From contig CAVUZH010000013.1 in NCBI GenBank assembly GCA_963745835.1, forward strand, positions 192,001 through 256,000: 64,000 nt of DNA. Reading direction: 5' to 3'. Source of the DNA: an uncultured delta proteobacterium. Lineage in GTDB: Bacteria; Desulfobacterota; Binatia; UBA9968. The stretch's first letter is position 1. Every line of letters starts with the position of its first letter. Shown in pieces: positions 30,470 to 40,819 of the stretch. The position numbers and the translations under genes are program-made. The notes beneath the pieces are model-generated. The model did not search any database and was not told where the DNA came from. It saw nothing but the letters and a program-made list of their open reading frames with translations.

Positions 30470-30973
30470 TTAGTCTTCGGACGAAATAGTGTCCTCCTCA
30501 GACTTCCGAGCTCCTCTGTTTAGGATGTGTTCCATTTGGCGCACCACCGAGAGCGTCATCCAGGCCAGAAGGGTTGCCACCAGCGCCAGGCCAAACCGGC
30601 CCAGGCCGACCGCGACGCCCAATGCCGCGGTCATCCAAATGCCCGCGGCCGTGGTTAGTCCCTCGACGGCTCGCTTATCATAGAGCTTCAGGATCGCGCC
30701 GGCGCCGAGAAAGCCGATTCCGGTCACCAGACCCTGTATGACACGTGAAATGCTGTCGGCGTTCATGCCAAACTCGCCGCTCGCGATAACAAAAACCGCC
30801 GCGCCTAAAGCGACCAGCATATGGGTCCTGAGCCCCGCCGGTTTTCCAGCCCGCTCGCGTTGAATGCCGATCACCGCGCCAAAAATCATTGCAACGATTA
30901 GCCGGACGGTTATCCGGGCCATTGCTTCCGCCTCCGGAAATCCGGCTGCTAATTCTTCCCAGACAACGTTCAT
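30470..30973 (-). CDS. MgtC/SapB family membrane protein
   Basis: KPAGLRTHMLV, GIGFLGAGAI, GLTTAAGIW. Confidence 0.93.
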   Translation of the reverse strand: MNVVWEELAAGFPEAEAMARITVRLIVAMIFGAVIGIQRERAGKPAGLRTHMLVALGAAVFVIASGEFGMNADSISRVIQGLVTGIGFLGAGAILKLYDKRAVEGLTTAAGIWMTAALGVAVGLGRFGLALVATLLAWMTLSVVRQMEHILNRGARKSEEDTISSED

Positions 30974-31043
30974 AGACGCTAGCTATACTCTAAAAGGCCG
31001 AGCATGCGCGCAGCAAAGCTATGATCCAAAGTAGCGGCAGAAT

Positions 31044-31475
31044 TTACTTAGATTGCTGCTCCTCAAGCTTGCGCAGTCGCTCACGCATGGTGCGCTCTTC
31101 GTTCCAACGGGATGTATCGTCTCTAACGATAGCAGCGATCACCTCGGTCTGTCCGTCTGCGCGCGCTAAAAGCGCTACAGTAAATGCAATCGATAAAGGC
31201 CGGCCATCTTTGTGCCGAGCCGGCACGCGCAAGACTTCCGCGCCGTATTTGGTTTGCCCGGTGCGCATCACTTGCTTGTAGCCGTCCCAATGACGCGCGC
31301 GGAACCGCTCCGGAATAATCAGATCAAGGCTTTGTCCCAACGCTTCCTGCGCTGCAAAACCAAAGATCCGCTCCGCTGCGGGGTTCCACGAGAGGATCCT
31401 CCCTTCCGGATCGGCGGCGATGATGGCGTCGCCGGCGGCCTGAACCAGCCGTTCAAAATCTATTGCATTGCTCAT
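31044..31475 (-). CDS. Stand-alone PAS domain protein
   Basis: DAIIAAD..G.I.SWNPAAERIFG...GQSLDLIIP...IVRD; RBS GGAG before ATG 31475. Confidence 0.88.
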   Translation of the reverse strand: MSNAIDFERLVQAAGDAIIAADPEGRILSWNPAAERIFGFAAQEALGQSLDLIIPERFRARHWDGYKQVMRTGQTKYGAEVLRVPARHKDGRPLSIAFTVALLARADGQTEVIAAIVRDDTSRWNEERTMRERLRKLEEQQSK

Positions 31476-31713
31476 TGTCATCTCCACGGTCACTATCCTA
31501 TCATCCGCTGCTGTGATGAACGTCATGACCCGGGCACCTACGAGTGTTTTCGGACACCCGGCGGAACTAAGAACCACATCTACAGCATTCGCTCGTAAGA
31601 TTTTGCGCTAGTCTAAGTCAAAGTCAAACTTGATCCCTGATTGAACGCGAAACTGTAGGCAGTCTACTCAACTGATAGGACGCAGACTCAGGACGCGCCT
31701 GGCGCTGCGTGTT

Positions 31714-32931
31714 TTATCTTCGTCTGCCGTAGCCGAACGAACGCTTACCCGGCGCGCCGGCACCGCGGCCGCGGCCGAAAATGGGCTTCGGATTGGGATC
31801 GAGAAGTCGTGTATAGGAGTAGTTAAAATTCTCCAGCTTGACCCGTGGGATCTTCTGGCCAATGAAGCGTTCGATGGCGGCAATCTCCTGGACGTCTTCC
31901 CCGGTCATGATCGTAAAAGCATCGCCGACACTCTGCGCGCGTCCGGTGCGACCGATCCGATGCACGTAATCTTCCGGATGATGCGGCACATCGAAGTTGA
32001 TAACATGGCTGATTTGAGCCACGTCGATACCGCGCGCGGCGATATCGGTGGCGACCATCACCTCATAACGGCCGTTGCGGAAGCCATCCAACGCGTGCTC
32101 GCGCTCGCGTTGAGTTCGGCGCGAATGGAGAACCGCGACCGCATGTCCCTGCTGATGGAGCTTGCGCACGACCCGGTCGGCGCCGTTTTTGGTCCGGCAA
32201 AATATCAGCACCTGATCGTAATCGGTGCGCCGGAGCAGTTCTTCCAAAAGTTCCTGCTTTTGTTCGCTATCCACCGGGTAGAGGGCGTGGGTGACGGTTT
32301 CCGCGGGAGAGCGCCGCTGGCCGATTTCGATCTTTTCGGGTTTATTCAATGCCCATTTGCAAAGCTGGTCGATTTCCGGCGGAACCGTCGCCGAGAACAA
32401 CATAGTCTGACGATTACGGGAGCATTTTTCCACTATCTTGCGGACGTCGGGCATAAATCCCATGTCCAACATTCTATCGGCTTCATCCAGAACGAGTATT
32501 TCAATTTTGTCGAGTCGCAGCATGCCGCGGCCAATCTGGTCAAGCAAACGGCCTGGCGTTGCCACGACGATGTCGGCGCCGCGACGCAGTGCTTGGTCCT
32601 GTTTGCCGTAACCCGTGCCGCCGTACAAAACTATGGTTCGGAGGTTGGTAAACCGGCCGTAATCGCGAATCGCGGTTTCCACCTGCGCAGCCAGTTCGCG
32701 AGTCGGCTCTAAGATGAGCGCGCGCAGGGCACCGCGTTGTCCTAACCGCGAAATTATCGGCAGCGCAAAGGCCGCGGTTTTTCCTGTGCCGGTTTGAGCC
32801 GAGCCGATGAGGTCACGCCCGTCCATCAGGATCGGTATCGCACGCAGTTGAATGGGAGTGGGATCGGTGTAGCCGGCAGCGCGTACGCCGTCGACAACCT
32901 TGGGTGAAAGTCCAAGTTTAGAAAAGGGCAT
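31714..32931 (-). CDS. DEAD-box RNA helicase (RhlE-like)
   Basis: Q motif PTPIQ, AQTGTGKT, PTRELA, DEAD, SAT, HRIGRTGR. Confidence 0.96.
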   Translation of the reverse strand: MPFSKLGLSPKVVDGVRAAGYTDPTPIQLRAIPILMDGRDLIGSAQTGTGKTAAFALPIISRLGQRGALRALILEPTRELAAQVETAIRDYGRFTNLRTIVLYGGTGYGKQDQALRRGADIVVATPGRLLDQIGRGMLRLDKIEILVLDEADRMLDMGFMPDVRKIVEKCSRNRQTMLFSATVPPEIDQLCKWALNKPEKIEIGQRRSPAETVTHALYPVDSEQKQELLEELLRRTDYDQVLIFCRTKNGADRVVRKLHQQGHAVAVLHSRRTQREREHALDGFRNGRYEVMVATDIAARGIDVAQISHVINFDVPHHPEDYVHRIGRTGRAQSVGDAFTIMTGEDVQEIAAIERFIGQKIPRVKLENFNYSYTRLLDPNPKPIFGRGRGAGAPGKRSFGYGRRR

Positions 32932-33064
32932 AGTGCTTTATCACATGATATCGAAGAGTTAACAATCGCATGACATAAGTCGAGGCTGGCTCGGCGGCTT
33001 GTTAGTGCGAGTTTCGGTCTTTACATTGGCAAGCCGGACAAAAAAGGAATGTTAGTTGCGGCCG

Positions 33065-33601
33065 CTAAGCTCGCTCCTGATTGGCCGTTCTTGTAAGCAG
33101 GGGGTACGGATTGATCGCGGTTCCGCCGAGCTCGTACACGCCATAGTGCAGATGATGCGGCGTTCCTCTGGCGTTGCCGGTATTACCGACGTAGCCGATG
33201 ATATCACCGGCCATCACCCGGTCACCAGTTTCGAACGCACCAAAATCTCTCAAATGCGCATAGTAGTGCGTTTGCCTCCCAGGCCCCATTACCCAGATTA
33301 CATTACCGCCTAACCGGTTTTGTCCCAGTCTGATGACTATACCCTCTGTCGTCGACCGAACCGGCGTTCCCGGCCTGGCAAAAATATCAATGCCTTGATG
33401 ATGACGACCGCCATCTCTCGGAGCACGCCAACTATTACGGAGTGCCGATGACCGAACGCCGTCCACCGGAACCGGCAAGCTCGCCGGCGATTCGGCCAAG
33501 GTCAATTGCAAGACTACGATCGGATGTTTGATAGACGAACCGACGACAAGCAGAACGCCAAACGCCAAAAACGCGATTATGCTCCCTACAGTCTTCGTCA
33601 C
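33065..33601 (-). CDS. M23 family metallopeptidase
   Basis: HQGID (HxxxD), YAHL, HLH. Confidence 0.9.
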   Translation of the reverse strand: MTKTVGSIIAFLAFGVLLVVGSSIKHPIVVLQLTLAESPASLPVPVDGVRSSALRNSWRAPRDGGRHHQGIDIFARPGTPVRSTTEGIVIRLGQNRLGGNVIWVMGPGRQTHYYAHLRDFGAFETGDRVMAGDIIGYVGNTGNARGTPHHLHYGVYELGGTAINPYPLLTRTANQERA

Positions 33602-33728
33602 AGCTTTTAGCAGCAGTTTCCATTCATGGTCATCATGCCGGCGCTTGCGATCCAGTGCCGTTACATCAGCAACGCATGAGCGACCGAACGAAGATGCAAA
33701 CCGCGTCTGTCATTTGCTTAGTGGGATC

Positions 33729-34167
33729 AGCTCACTGTGATCTGCCGCGCTTTGGCATGCTCCATTTTAGGCACGTAAATTTCCAAGATGCCGTCGCGAT
33801 AAGTCGCCTGGATTCCATCCTGCTGAACTGTTTGAGGCAGATAGAAAGATCGTGAGAACTTCCCGGCAACTCGCTCAACGCTGCGGTATCGGACGCCGCT
33901 GACCGGCTCTTCGAGCTTGCGCTCGCCACTGGACCGTCAACATTCCGTTTTCACCTCTAAATTGAAATATTCCTTGTTCATTCCGGGAAGCTCGGCGCGC
34001 AACAGGTACGAATCCTTACTTTCCAAAACGTCCACCGCGGGGTACCAAACCGTTCCAGCCGAACTCGCGCTGCTCCGCGCTCGACCCAAAGTCTGATCAA
34101 ATAGCTGGTTGAATTGAAAGTTAAAACTCCCTAACCCCGCAAACGGGCGCCATATCGTAAGTTCCAT
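33729..34167 (-). pseudogene. Hsp20/alpha-crystallin small heat-shock protein, frameshifted
   Basis: WYPAVDVLESKDSYLLRAELPGM in one frame; ERVAGKFSRSFYLP...ATYRDGILEIYVPK in another. Confidence 0.8.
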
Positions 34168-34287
34168 AAAAAAATCCTCTAGATTCGTGTCCAGCGAAAA
34201 AATTTAAGGTCGGCCGTGGATACTGTCAACTCGCTCTGGCAATACGAGGCAGGCCGATTGAACAGGCTGCCCAAACCATATGCGCAT

Positions 34288-34692
34288 TCAATCCGAACAG
34301 GGCAAATCGGATTCGTCGATCTCGACCCAGCTCACACGGCTCGACCAATGCCCATGAGCTGTCGGTTTGGTCATGGGTTCCTCATCCAAAGTACCGGCTG
34401 GGATGATGACCCGCTGGCGATCGCGTGACGCATGAGGCACCGGACAATTGCAACGGGTACATATTTGCCGGGCGAAACTCTTTGCCTCAGGCAGGTCGTA
34501 ACGCGCGATCAGCTCCTCTCCCTGAGTCCAACGAAATTGATCGATCGGCACGGCAATGTTGGTGGCTCTCACGCCTCCGGTCGCTTTCCTGCAGCGTGAA
34601 CAATAACAGTGAGAAAATCTCATGAATGGCGGTGTCACCCGATAGCGCACTGCTTTGCAAAGACAACTTCCATTAAGCTGTTGATCAGGCAT
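34288..34692 (-). CDS. GFA (CENP-V) family zinc protein
   Basis: GSCLC, HCYCSRCRK, CTRC. Confidence 0.9.
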   Translation of the reverse strand: MPDQQLNGSCLCKAVRYRVTPPFMRFSHCYCSRCRKATGGVRATNIAVPIDQFRWTQGEELIARYDLPEAKSFARQICTRCNCPVPHASRDRQRVIIPAGTLDEEPMTKPTAHGHWSSRVSWVEIDESDLPCSD

Positions 34693-34798
34693 GCTGCCTC
34701 CTTATGATTCTGATGGCCGCTTCCACTACTATTTGCAACTCACAGGCGGCGCAAGGCGGCGCAGTCTACGGAGGGCAACGGCTTGCGCCCAGTGAAGA

Positions 34799-35536
34799 TC
34801 ACCCCAGCGGATAACGCGCCAAGGCCGCCGTCAATTCCTTTTCGTTGGTCAGGTCGAGCCGCAAGGGCGTTAGAGAGACGTAGCCTTGCTCGACGGCCCA
34901 GCGATCGGTCCCCTCTTCGGTTTCTTCCACCGGAACGACATTGAACCAGAAATGCTTGCGTCCAAACGGGTCTTCCCCGGTGGCGATCTTACCATCGTAG
35001 TGGCGCACCGACTGGCGGGTCCATCGAAGCCCTTTAGGCTTTTCATCAGGAAAATTCACATTGACCAAACACAAATCCTTGTTGTCGTTCAAAAGAAGCT
35101 CCAAGACCTCCTGCAAGGAAGGCTTCAAGAGATCGAAGTTCGGCTCATCGATGGTGACGGTCGAACTCAACGCGATGCCCCGTAAACCTAGCAGCGTTGC
35201 CTGCTTGGCGGCAGCCAAAGTCCCCGAATGCCATGTGGAATTGCCCAAATTGCTGCCGAGATTTATCCCCGAAAGTACCACGTCGACTTTTTCCCAATTG
35301 AAGATTCCCAACGCCACGCAATCGGCCGGTGTGCCGTCGACCCGATAAGCTTCGAAATTGCCGATCGGAGTGCGCCTGTACGAAAGCGGCCGCATGGCGG
35401 TGATTGAATGTCCGGCAGAAGAACGTTCCACGTCCGGCGCCACCACACGCACTTCGCCAAACTTGGTTGCCACTTCGGCCAAAGCGGCAATTCCCGGGCT
35501 GTAAATGCCGTCATCATTGGCAACCAGGATACGCAT
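34799..35536 (-). CDS. surE: 5'/3'-nucleotidase SurE
   Basis: RILVANDDG, GTPADCV, SGINLGSN, SGTLAAA, NVNFP. Confidence 0.95.
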   Translation of the reverse strand: MRILVANDDGIYSPGIAALAEVATKFGEVRVVAPDVERSSAGHSITAMRPLSYRRTPIGNFEAYRVDGTPADCVALGIFNWEKVDVVLSGINLGSNLGNSTWHSGTLAAAKQATLLGLRGIALSSTVTIDEPNFDLLKPSLQEVLELLLNDNKDLCLVNVNFPDEKPKGLRWTRQSVRHYDGKIATGEDPFGRKHFWFNVVPVEETEEGTDRWAVEQGYVSLTPLRLDLTNEKELTAALARYPLG

Positions 35537-35634
35537 GAAAGCAAGCCTCCTTCTGAGCCGCAACTGACAAACTATCGCAGCAGTGTTAATATGAGTATTT
35601 CACATTTGCGGGCTTCAGCAAGATAAGGAAATTC

Positions 35635-36552
35635 ATGAAAGTTACACTAATTCATAACCCTGATGCCGGCAGCGACGATCAAACGTGCGGCGAAGATCCG
35701 GTCGAATTGATTCGCCGCGCCGGTCACCAGCTCGTTTATCAATCCTCTAAGGACAGCAATTGGAAAAGCGCGTTGGACCGACCGACAGATCTCATCGCGG
35801 TAGCCGGTGGCGACGGCATCGTTGGCACAGTTGCCAAGCTCATGATCGGCAGAGGAACGCCGATCGCGGTTTTACCGCTGGGAACAGCCAACAACATCGC
35901 CAAGACACTCAACCTCATGGACGTTTCACTGACGCAATTGATCGAGGGATGGAGCGCCGCGACGCATAAGAAGTTCGATGCCGGCGTGGCCAATGGTCCA
36001 TGGGGTTCGGCGCATTTTGTCGAGGGCCTCGGCATCGGCTTGTTCACCGACATGATGACCCGGCTCGACGCCAGAGGCAATGTTGACTTGGCCCATTTGA
36101 CAGAACCTGAGGAAAAAATCACCTCAGTTCTGGAAATGTTGCAAGCCCGGCTGCTGACATGTCCAGAGATAGAACTCCACGTTACAGTCGACGGCCGCGA
36201 TCTCTCGGGCGAATACATTCTGTTCGAGGTGATGAACATAAAATCCATCGGTCCGAATTTGTTTTTAGCGCCTAATGCCGATTCCGGCGATGGCTTGTTC
36301 GATGTGGTGTGTCTGACCCGAGGCGCGCATGATACACTTGATCGCTGTCTCGAGGAGTGCAAGGTAGGCAGCTCGGCGCCGACCGGCTTGCCCGTTCGAA
36401 GAGGAAAGCAAATACATATCGAATGGGAAGGGACCCCGATTCACATTGACGATCAAGCATGGCCCGAAAGCGACAAAAATTATCCGCCCTCGTTAACGGT
36501 AATCGATATAAACGTAGAGCCTGAAAGTCTGGAATTTCTGGCACCGGCCTGA
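35635..36552 (+). CDS. Diacylglycerol/lipid kinase family protein
   Basis: IHNPDAG, AGGDG, PLGTANN, DGLFDV. Confidence 0.9.
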   Translation: MKVTLIHNPDAGSDDQTCGEDPVELIRRAGHQLVYQSSKDSNWKSALDRPTDLIAVAGGDGIVGTVAKLMIGRGTPIAVLPLGTANNIAKTLNLMDVSLTQLIEGWSAATHKKFDAGVANGPWGSAHFVEGLGIGLFTDMMTRLDARGNVDLAHLTEPEEKITSVLEMLQARLLTCPEIELHVTVDGRDLSGEYILFEVMNIKSIGPNLFLAPNADSGDGLFDVVCLTRGAHDTLDRCLEECKVGSSAPTGLPVRRGKQIHIEWEGTPIHIDDQAWPESDKNYPPSLTVIDINVEPESLEFLAPA

Positions 36553-36986
36553 GGCTTACACGCAAGCAGGACAAGTCTAGTTCAGTGCCGCGCGATGGCC
36601 GACGATTGCATCAGCCGTCTCGCTACAAAACCTCTCCTGAGATTCACGCCTGTCGGAAGCTTCACACGGAAAGTATCAGGCTTCCTGAATCAACCGAACT
36701 GCCGCAGCAGAAAGCAAATAACAGATGCTGAGTTTGAAGTCTCTGAACTGACGGAAGGCTTTAGTGAAATCGGACGCTTGTTTGTCCGGGGGGATAGTAG
36801 AAATTGAATAGATCATAAGGACGGCGCGGATCCTTGTTCAGGTTTTCAACCCTCTGCTGGGGAATATAAATTGGCAAGCTCTCAGCTCGTACACCTATGG
36901 GTTCCTGGTCTCGATCTCTGCATAAGCGCGCTATAGCCATGATGATGGCAGCCGAAAAAAGGATTGATTTCATCGTGATTCTCTTT

Positions 36987-37250
36987 CTATGAATGGCGTA
37001 CCGTGACCGAGTTAAGGCCGTACTCTATGTCGCGTAGGACATGCGGGCAGTGCTGCTTCGCGGCTTGATAGAGGTCCAACGCTTCCTCTTGACTGCACTC
37101 AATGACAACACACATTGAGAAGGGCCTTTCATCGGCCCATCGGTCAAGCTCCGGAGAACGGCGGAGAACACTATAGGCGGAATGCTGAGGGGAGATGTCG
37201 TGCAAGAGTTTTTCGTAGTCGGATCGCGCTAGCCCAATGATGACTTCCAT
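36987..37250 (-). CDS. Small hypothetical protein
   Basis: 87-aa ORF directly behind a strong sigma54-like promoter. Confidence 0.55.
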   Translation of the reverse strand: MEVIIGLARSDYEKLLHDISPQHSAYSVLRRSPELDRWADERPFSMCVVIECSQEEALDLYQAAKQHCPHVLRDIEYGLNSVTVRHS

Positions 37251-37280
37251 AGTATTTAGAACACTGAGCGTGCAGGAGAG

Positions 37281-37296
37281 AGCAATTAGCGAGCCA
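37281..37296 (-). promoter_or_regulatory. Putative sigma54 promoter
   Basis: Minus strand TGGCTCGCTAATTGCT, near consensus, about 30 nt before ATG 37250. Confidence 0.6.
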
Positions 37297-37491
37297 ACTT
37301 GTGAGTTTCGAGATTGTCAATAACACTACCGATAGGGTGAAGGACGCAGACGCGGATAGTGCAGACCTGGACGAAGCCCGACATGCAGTGCAACACAAAT
37401 GCGCAGAATTGGGGCCTCGCTAGCAAACCCGGCAGGAATTTTCAGAAGCACTCATTGTTTTCCGCAGCGAATTCTCACGCCGTCATCATCG

Positions 37492-38079
37492 CTATTTTAG
37501 AGGTCTCGACATGTACCAGGTGGTCGTACCGATGACCACTTCCTCATGCTTAACCACGAAGCCGAATTTTTTGTAGAACGAGACATTTTCAACTCGATCG
37601 GTTTCAAGATAACCGATCGATCTTTCCTGCTCGAGTTCCGCGATATAAAGATCCATCAACGCGGTGCCGATTCCCTGTTGCTGTTTTCCCGGAGCTACAC
37701 CGATGGGCCCGAGATGAACGTGCGGCTCCTGTGGATCAAGGTGGCACCATCGAGCAAACCATTGAATGAATTTCGGCACCGCCTCGCCCATGGATTTCAA
37801 CAGTGTTGCGGCCGCATTAGGAATCTCCTCCGGCGCCGGCAGACAGTAAGGCCAGGCGCGGAAATGAATATAGCCGCAGAGCGCCCCGTCGTGTAACGCG
37901 ACGAAGGCTTGACCGAAAAACATGTTGCGCAGGGCGAGTCGAAAGAAACGCCGATTCTGGTCGATACGACCATTGCCGAATGCGGACAAGTGCAACGGGC
38001 TGGAAACGAACGCGTCGGCAAGGACCGACACGCAATCATCCACATCAGCCGGAGAGTATTTCCTCAATACAAGGTTCAT
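37492..38079 (-). CDS. GNAT N-acetyltransferase
   Basis: HLGPIGVAP..QQQGIGTAL, YLET...NVSFYKKFGF. Confidence 0.88.
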   Translation of the reverse strand: MNLVLRKYSPADVDDCVSVLADAFVSSPLHLSAFGNGRIDQNRRFFRLALRNMFFGQAFVALHDGALCGYIHFRAWPYCLPAPEEIPNAAATLLKSMGEAVPKFIQWFARWCHLDPQEPHVHLGPIGVAPGKQQQGIGTALMDLYIAELEQERSIGYLETDRVENVSFYKKFGFVVKHEEVVIGTTTWYMSRPLK

Positions 38080-38272
38080 TGGCACGAAGACGCTGTCGAA
38101 AGTCTACTACGAGCTTTATCTCGGAGAAAACATTATTGCTCCGGAATTCTCTCTGCCGCGCGTTGCCTTCGATCGTGCCCTCTGCTCTGGTTTAAAATCA
38201 TCGGGCGCGATTTGACATTACTCTGCGGTTATCGCAAAGATAGGCGCAGATTCGCACTGGAGGGAGCACACC

Positions 38273-39184
38273 GTGAAGATTCTACGATTTGACGACGATC
38301 GGATCGGGGTTATCAAGAACAACGATAGGGTTGTCGACGTCAGCGATGCCATCAGCGCGCGCAAGGCCAAGGGGCCGCAACGGGTAATGGAAGAGATCAT
38401 CGAAGGCTGGCGCAAATACCGCCGCCGCTTTGAAAAGATCATGAATGAGCAGGAAGGCGTGCAATTGAGCAGCGTCCAAATTCGCGCGCCTCTCCCACGT
38501 CCGAGCAAGTGCATCGCGGCTTTTAGTAACTATATCGATCGTCCGGAGCGCACGGCCGATAATTTCCCCAACGAATATTTCTACAAATCGCCCGACCTCG
38601 TCGGCCCCGACGGCGCGGTGGAATTAACGGACATCCCCGCCGCGGTAGTTTATCAACCCGAAGCCGAGCTCGGTTTCGTCATCGGCAAGCCCGCTAGAAA
38701 TGTTTCGGAGTCCAAAGCATTAGATTACGTTTTCGGGTATGTGCCTTTCTTCGATATCTCGACGCGGGGCATGGTGCGTCGCACGCAGTTTGTTCCCAAG
38801 GGGCAGGACACGCATGGCTGTGTCGGGCCGTGGATCATCACCAAGGACGAGATCCCCGATCCGCACAACCTTAATGTAAAATCGTGGACCAACGGCGAGC
38901 CGCGACAAAACTATAATACCAGCGCGATGGCGCACAAGATCCCCAATCAGATTGCCTGGCTTTCCCGATTCGTAAAACTCAATCCGGGAGACATCGTCGC
39001 CACCGGCACTTTTCATGAAGGCTTGAAGCCGGTGAATTCCGGCGACACTATCGAGATCGAATTTGCCAACATGGGCCGGGCGAAGTTTCAGGTCAAAGGC
39101 AACAGCCCACGCAAGGATGCGGACTGGTTGCCCGGGAAAAACCAACCGCAGCCTCCTCCTGGCGGCGGCATGCACAAGGTCTAA
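38273..39184 (+). CDS. Fumarylacetoacetate hydrolase family protein
   Basis: EAELGFVIGK, DIS.R, GPWIITKDEI, LNPGDIVATGT. Confidence 0.9.
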   Translation: MKILRFDDDRIGVIKNNDRVVDVSDAISARKAKGPQRVMEEIIEGWRKYRRRFEKIMNEQEGVQLSSVQIRAPLPRPSKCIAAFSNYIDRPERTADNFPNEYFYKSPDLVGPDGAVELTDIPAAVVYQPEAELGFVIGKPARNVSESKALDYVFGYVPFFDISTRGMVRRTQFVPKGQDTHGCVGPWIITKDEIPDPHNLNVKSWTNGEPRQNYNTSAMAHKIPNQIAWLSRFVKLNPGDIVATGTFHEGLKPVNSGDTIEIEFANMGRAKFQVKGNSPRKDADWLPGKNQPQPPPGGGMHKV

Positions 39185-39200
39185 AAGAACGGTAAAACCG

Positions 39201-39260
39201 TTGGACTAATGGAGCACTGGAGTAGTGGTTCTCCGAACACAATTCGTCCAACACTCCAAT
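39201..39260. repeat. Short imperfect TGGAGTA-type repeat/palindrome between convergent genes
   Basis: TTGGACTAATGGAGCACTGGAGTAGTGG ... CCAACACTCCAA can fold back on itself. Confidence 0.4.
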
Positions 39261-39262
39261 CT

Positions 39263-40036
39263 TTACGCACCATCTTTCATCCTCATCAATCCCACGTGCC
39301 ACGGCATGACTAGCTTGTAGAGCAGATTGAACAGTTGATTGAGCGTGTAACCGAGAATCGCCAAGGTAAGCATCCCCGCATACATCTGCGCTACTCTAAA
39401 TCGACGCTGTGAATCGAGAATAAAGTAGCCGATCCCGTCGGTGCTCCCGACCATCTCAGAGATGACCACCAGGATGAGGGTGATCGGCAGGCTGACCTTC
39501 AATCCCGTAACAATCTGCGGCGAGGCAGCCGGCAGAATAACATTCCAGATGATCCTCCACTGTGATAATCCAAACGTACGGGCCGTGTTCAACAGCACCC
39601 GATCGACATTACGCGCGCCATCCAGAGTATTGAGCAGAATCGGCCAGGCGCAGGAAAAGAAGATGACAAAAATCTTCATCTCGTCTTCCAAGCCGAAGAA
39701 CAGCATCGCCACCGGAATCATCACAGGCGGCGGCACAGGCCGGAGCATCTCGACGATGACTTCAAAGAGACGATAAACAGTCAGCGAGAGACCCATCAGA
39801 ATCCCCAGGGGGATAAACACCAGAGCAGCCATAACATATCCTGCCGCCGCTCGTTTCATGCTGGCCGCGATTTGTAGCGGAATCTGGCCCGACCAGACTA
39901 AATCGGAGAAAACTCGGAAAATCCTGCTCAGCGGCGGCACGATCAAGGGATTGATCAATCCGCCTTGCGCAAGCAATTCCCAAACGATCAGCAGGCCGAG
40001 AAAGAACAGCAAGCCATTAAGTTTGGATTCGCGCAT
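39263..40036 (-). CDS. NitT/TauT ABC permease
   Basis: LRPVPP, EMVGSTDGIG; multiple TM segments. Confidence 0.9.
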   Translation of the reverse strand: MRESKLNGLLFFLGLLIVWELLAQGGLINPLIVPPLSRIFRVFSDLVWSGQIPLQIAASMKRAAAGYVMAALVFIPLGILMGLSLTVYRLFEVIVEMLRPVPPPVMIPVAMLFFGLEDEMKIFVIFFSCAWPILLNTLDGARNVDRVLLNTARTFGLSQWRIIWNVILPAASPQIVTGLKVSLPITLILVVISEMVGSTDGIGYFILDSQRRFRVAQMYAGMLTLAILGYTLNQLFNLLYKLVMPWHVGLMRMKDGA

Positions 40037-40039
40037 CTG

Positions 40040-40819
40040 TCAGAGGGCCTCTCGGGCAAGCATGCCGCGGCGCCAATTCATCGCCCAGCCTTCGCCAATG
40101 ACAAACAATCGGTTGAGCAGATATCCAAGGGCTGAAACTAGAATCACACCAGCGTACATGTTGCCGCTGTTCATGGAGCGCTCTTCGTCAAGGATGAAAA
40201 AGCCCAGCCCTTTGCTGCCGGCAATCATCTCGGCAGTAGTGACCAGGATCAAGGCAATCGACAGACTGATGCGCAGACCGGTGATGATGTAGGGCGCTGC
40301 CGCCGGCAGGACGACCAGCCAAAGAATTTTTCGCCGATTAAGACCAAAGGTTCTGCCGGTATCGATCAACGTCCGCTCAAGGTGCCGGACCCCATCGATG
40401 GTATTGATCAGAACCGGCCAGAGGCTGGCGTAAACCGTGACCGCAATAATCATCGCGTCGCTAATGCCGAGCAATAAAACCGCCACGGGAATAATCGCCA
40501 CGGAAGGCATGGGGCGCAAGAACTCGATCACCGCCTCAAACAGGTTGTGCGCCAAACGGAAATATCCCAGGACTGTTCCCAGGATTACAGCTATCGAAGC
40601 GGCAAACAAATAACTCTGAAGAAAGCGGCTCAAGGTGATCATCAGATGACTGACAATCCGGCCGGAGAGAATTAGCTCGCCCAAGCTGCTGAAAATTCGG
40701 CTCACCGGGGGAAGGTAGGGTTGCAGCGCCGGATTGTTGCGGGAGCCGAACTCCCAGATTAGCAAAACAAGCGCAAAAGCGATCCACCCCGGCCAATTAA
40801 AAGCTCTGCCAACGTTCAC
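40040..40819 (-). CDS. NitT/TauT ABC permease
   Basis: LRPMPSVA, AEMIAGSKGLG. Confidence 0.9.
   Translation of the reverse strand: MNVGRAFNWPGWIAFALVLLIWEFGSRNNPALQPYLPPVSRIFSSLGELILSGRIVSHLMITLSRFLQSYLFAASIAVILGTVLGYFRLAHNLFEAVIEFLRPMPSVAIIPVAVLLLGISDAMIIAVTVYASLWPVLINTIDGVRHLERTLIDTGRTFGLNRRKILWLVVLPAAAPYIITGLRISLSIALILVTTAEMIAGSKGLGFFILDEERSMNSGNMYAGVILVSALGYLLNRLFVIGEGWAMNWRRGMLAREAL

Noticed and set aside
34744-34763. 10-bp tandem AGGCGGCGCA x2
   Set aside because: Too short and GC-rich to distinguish from chance or slippage.
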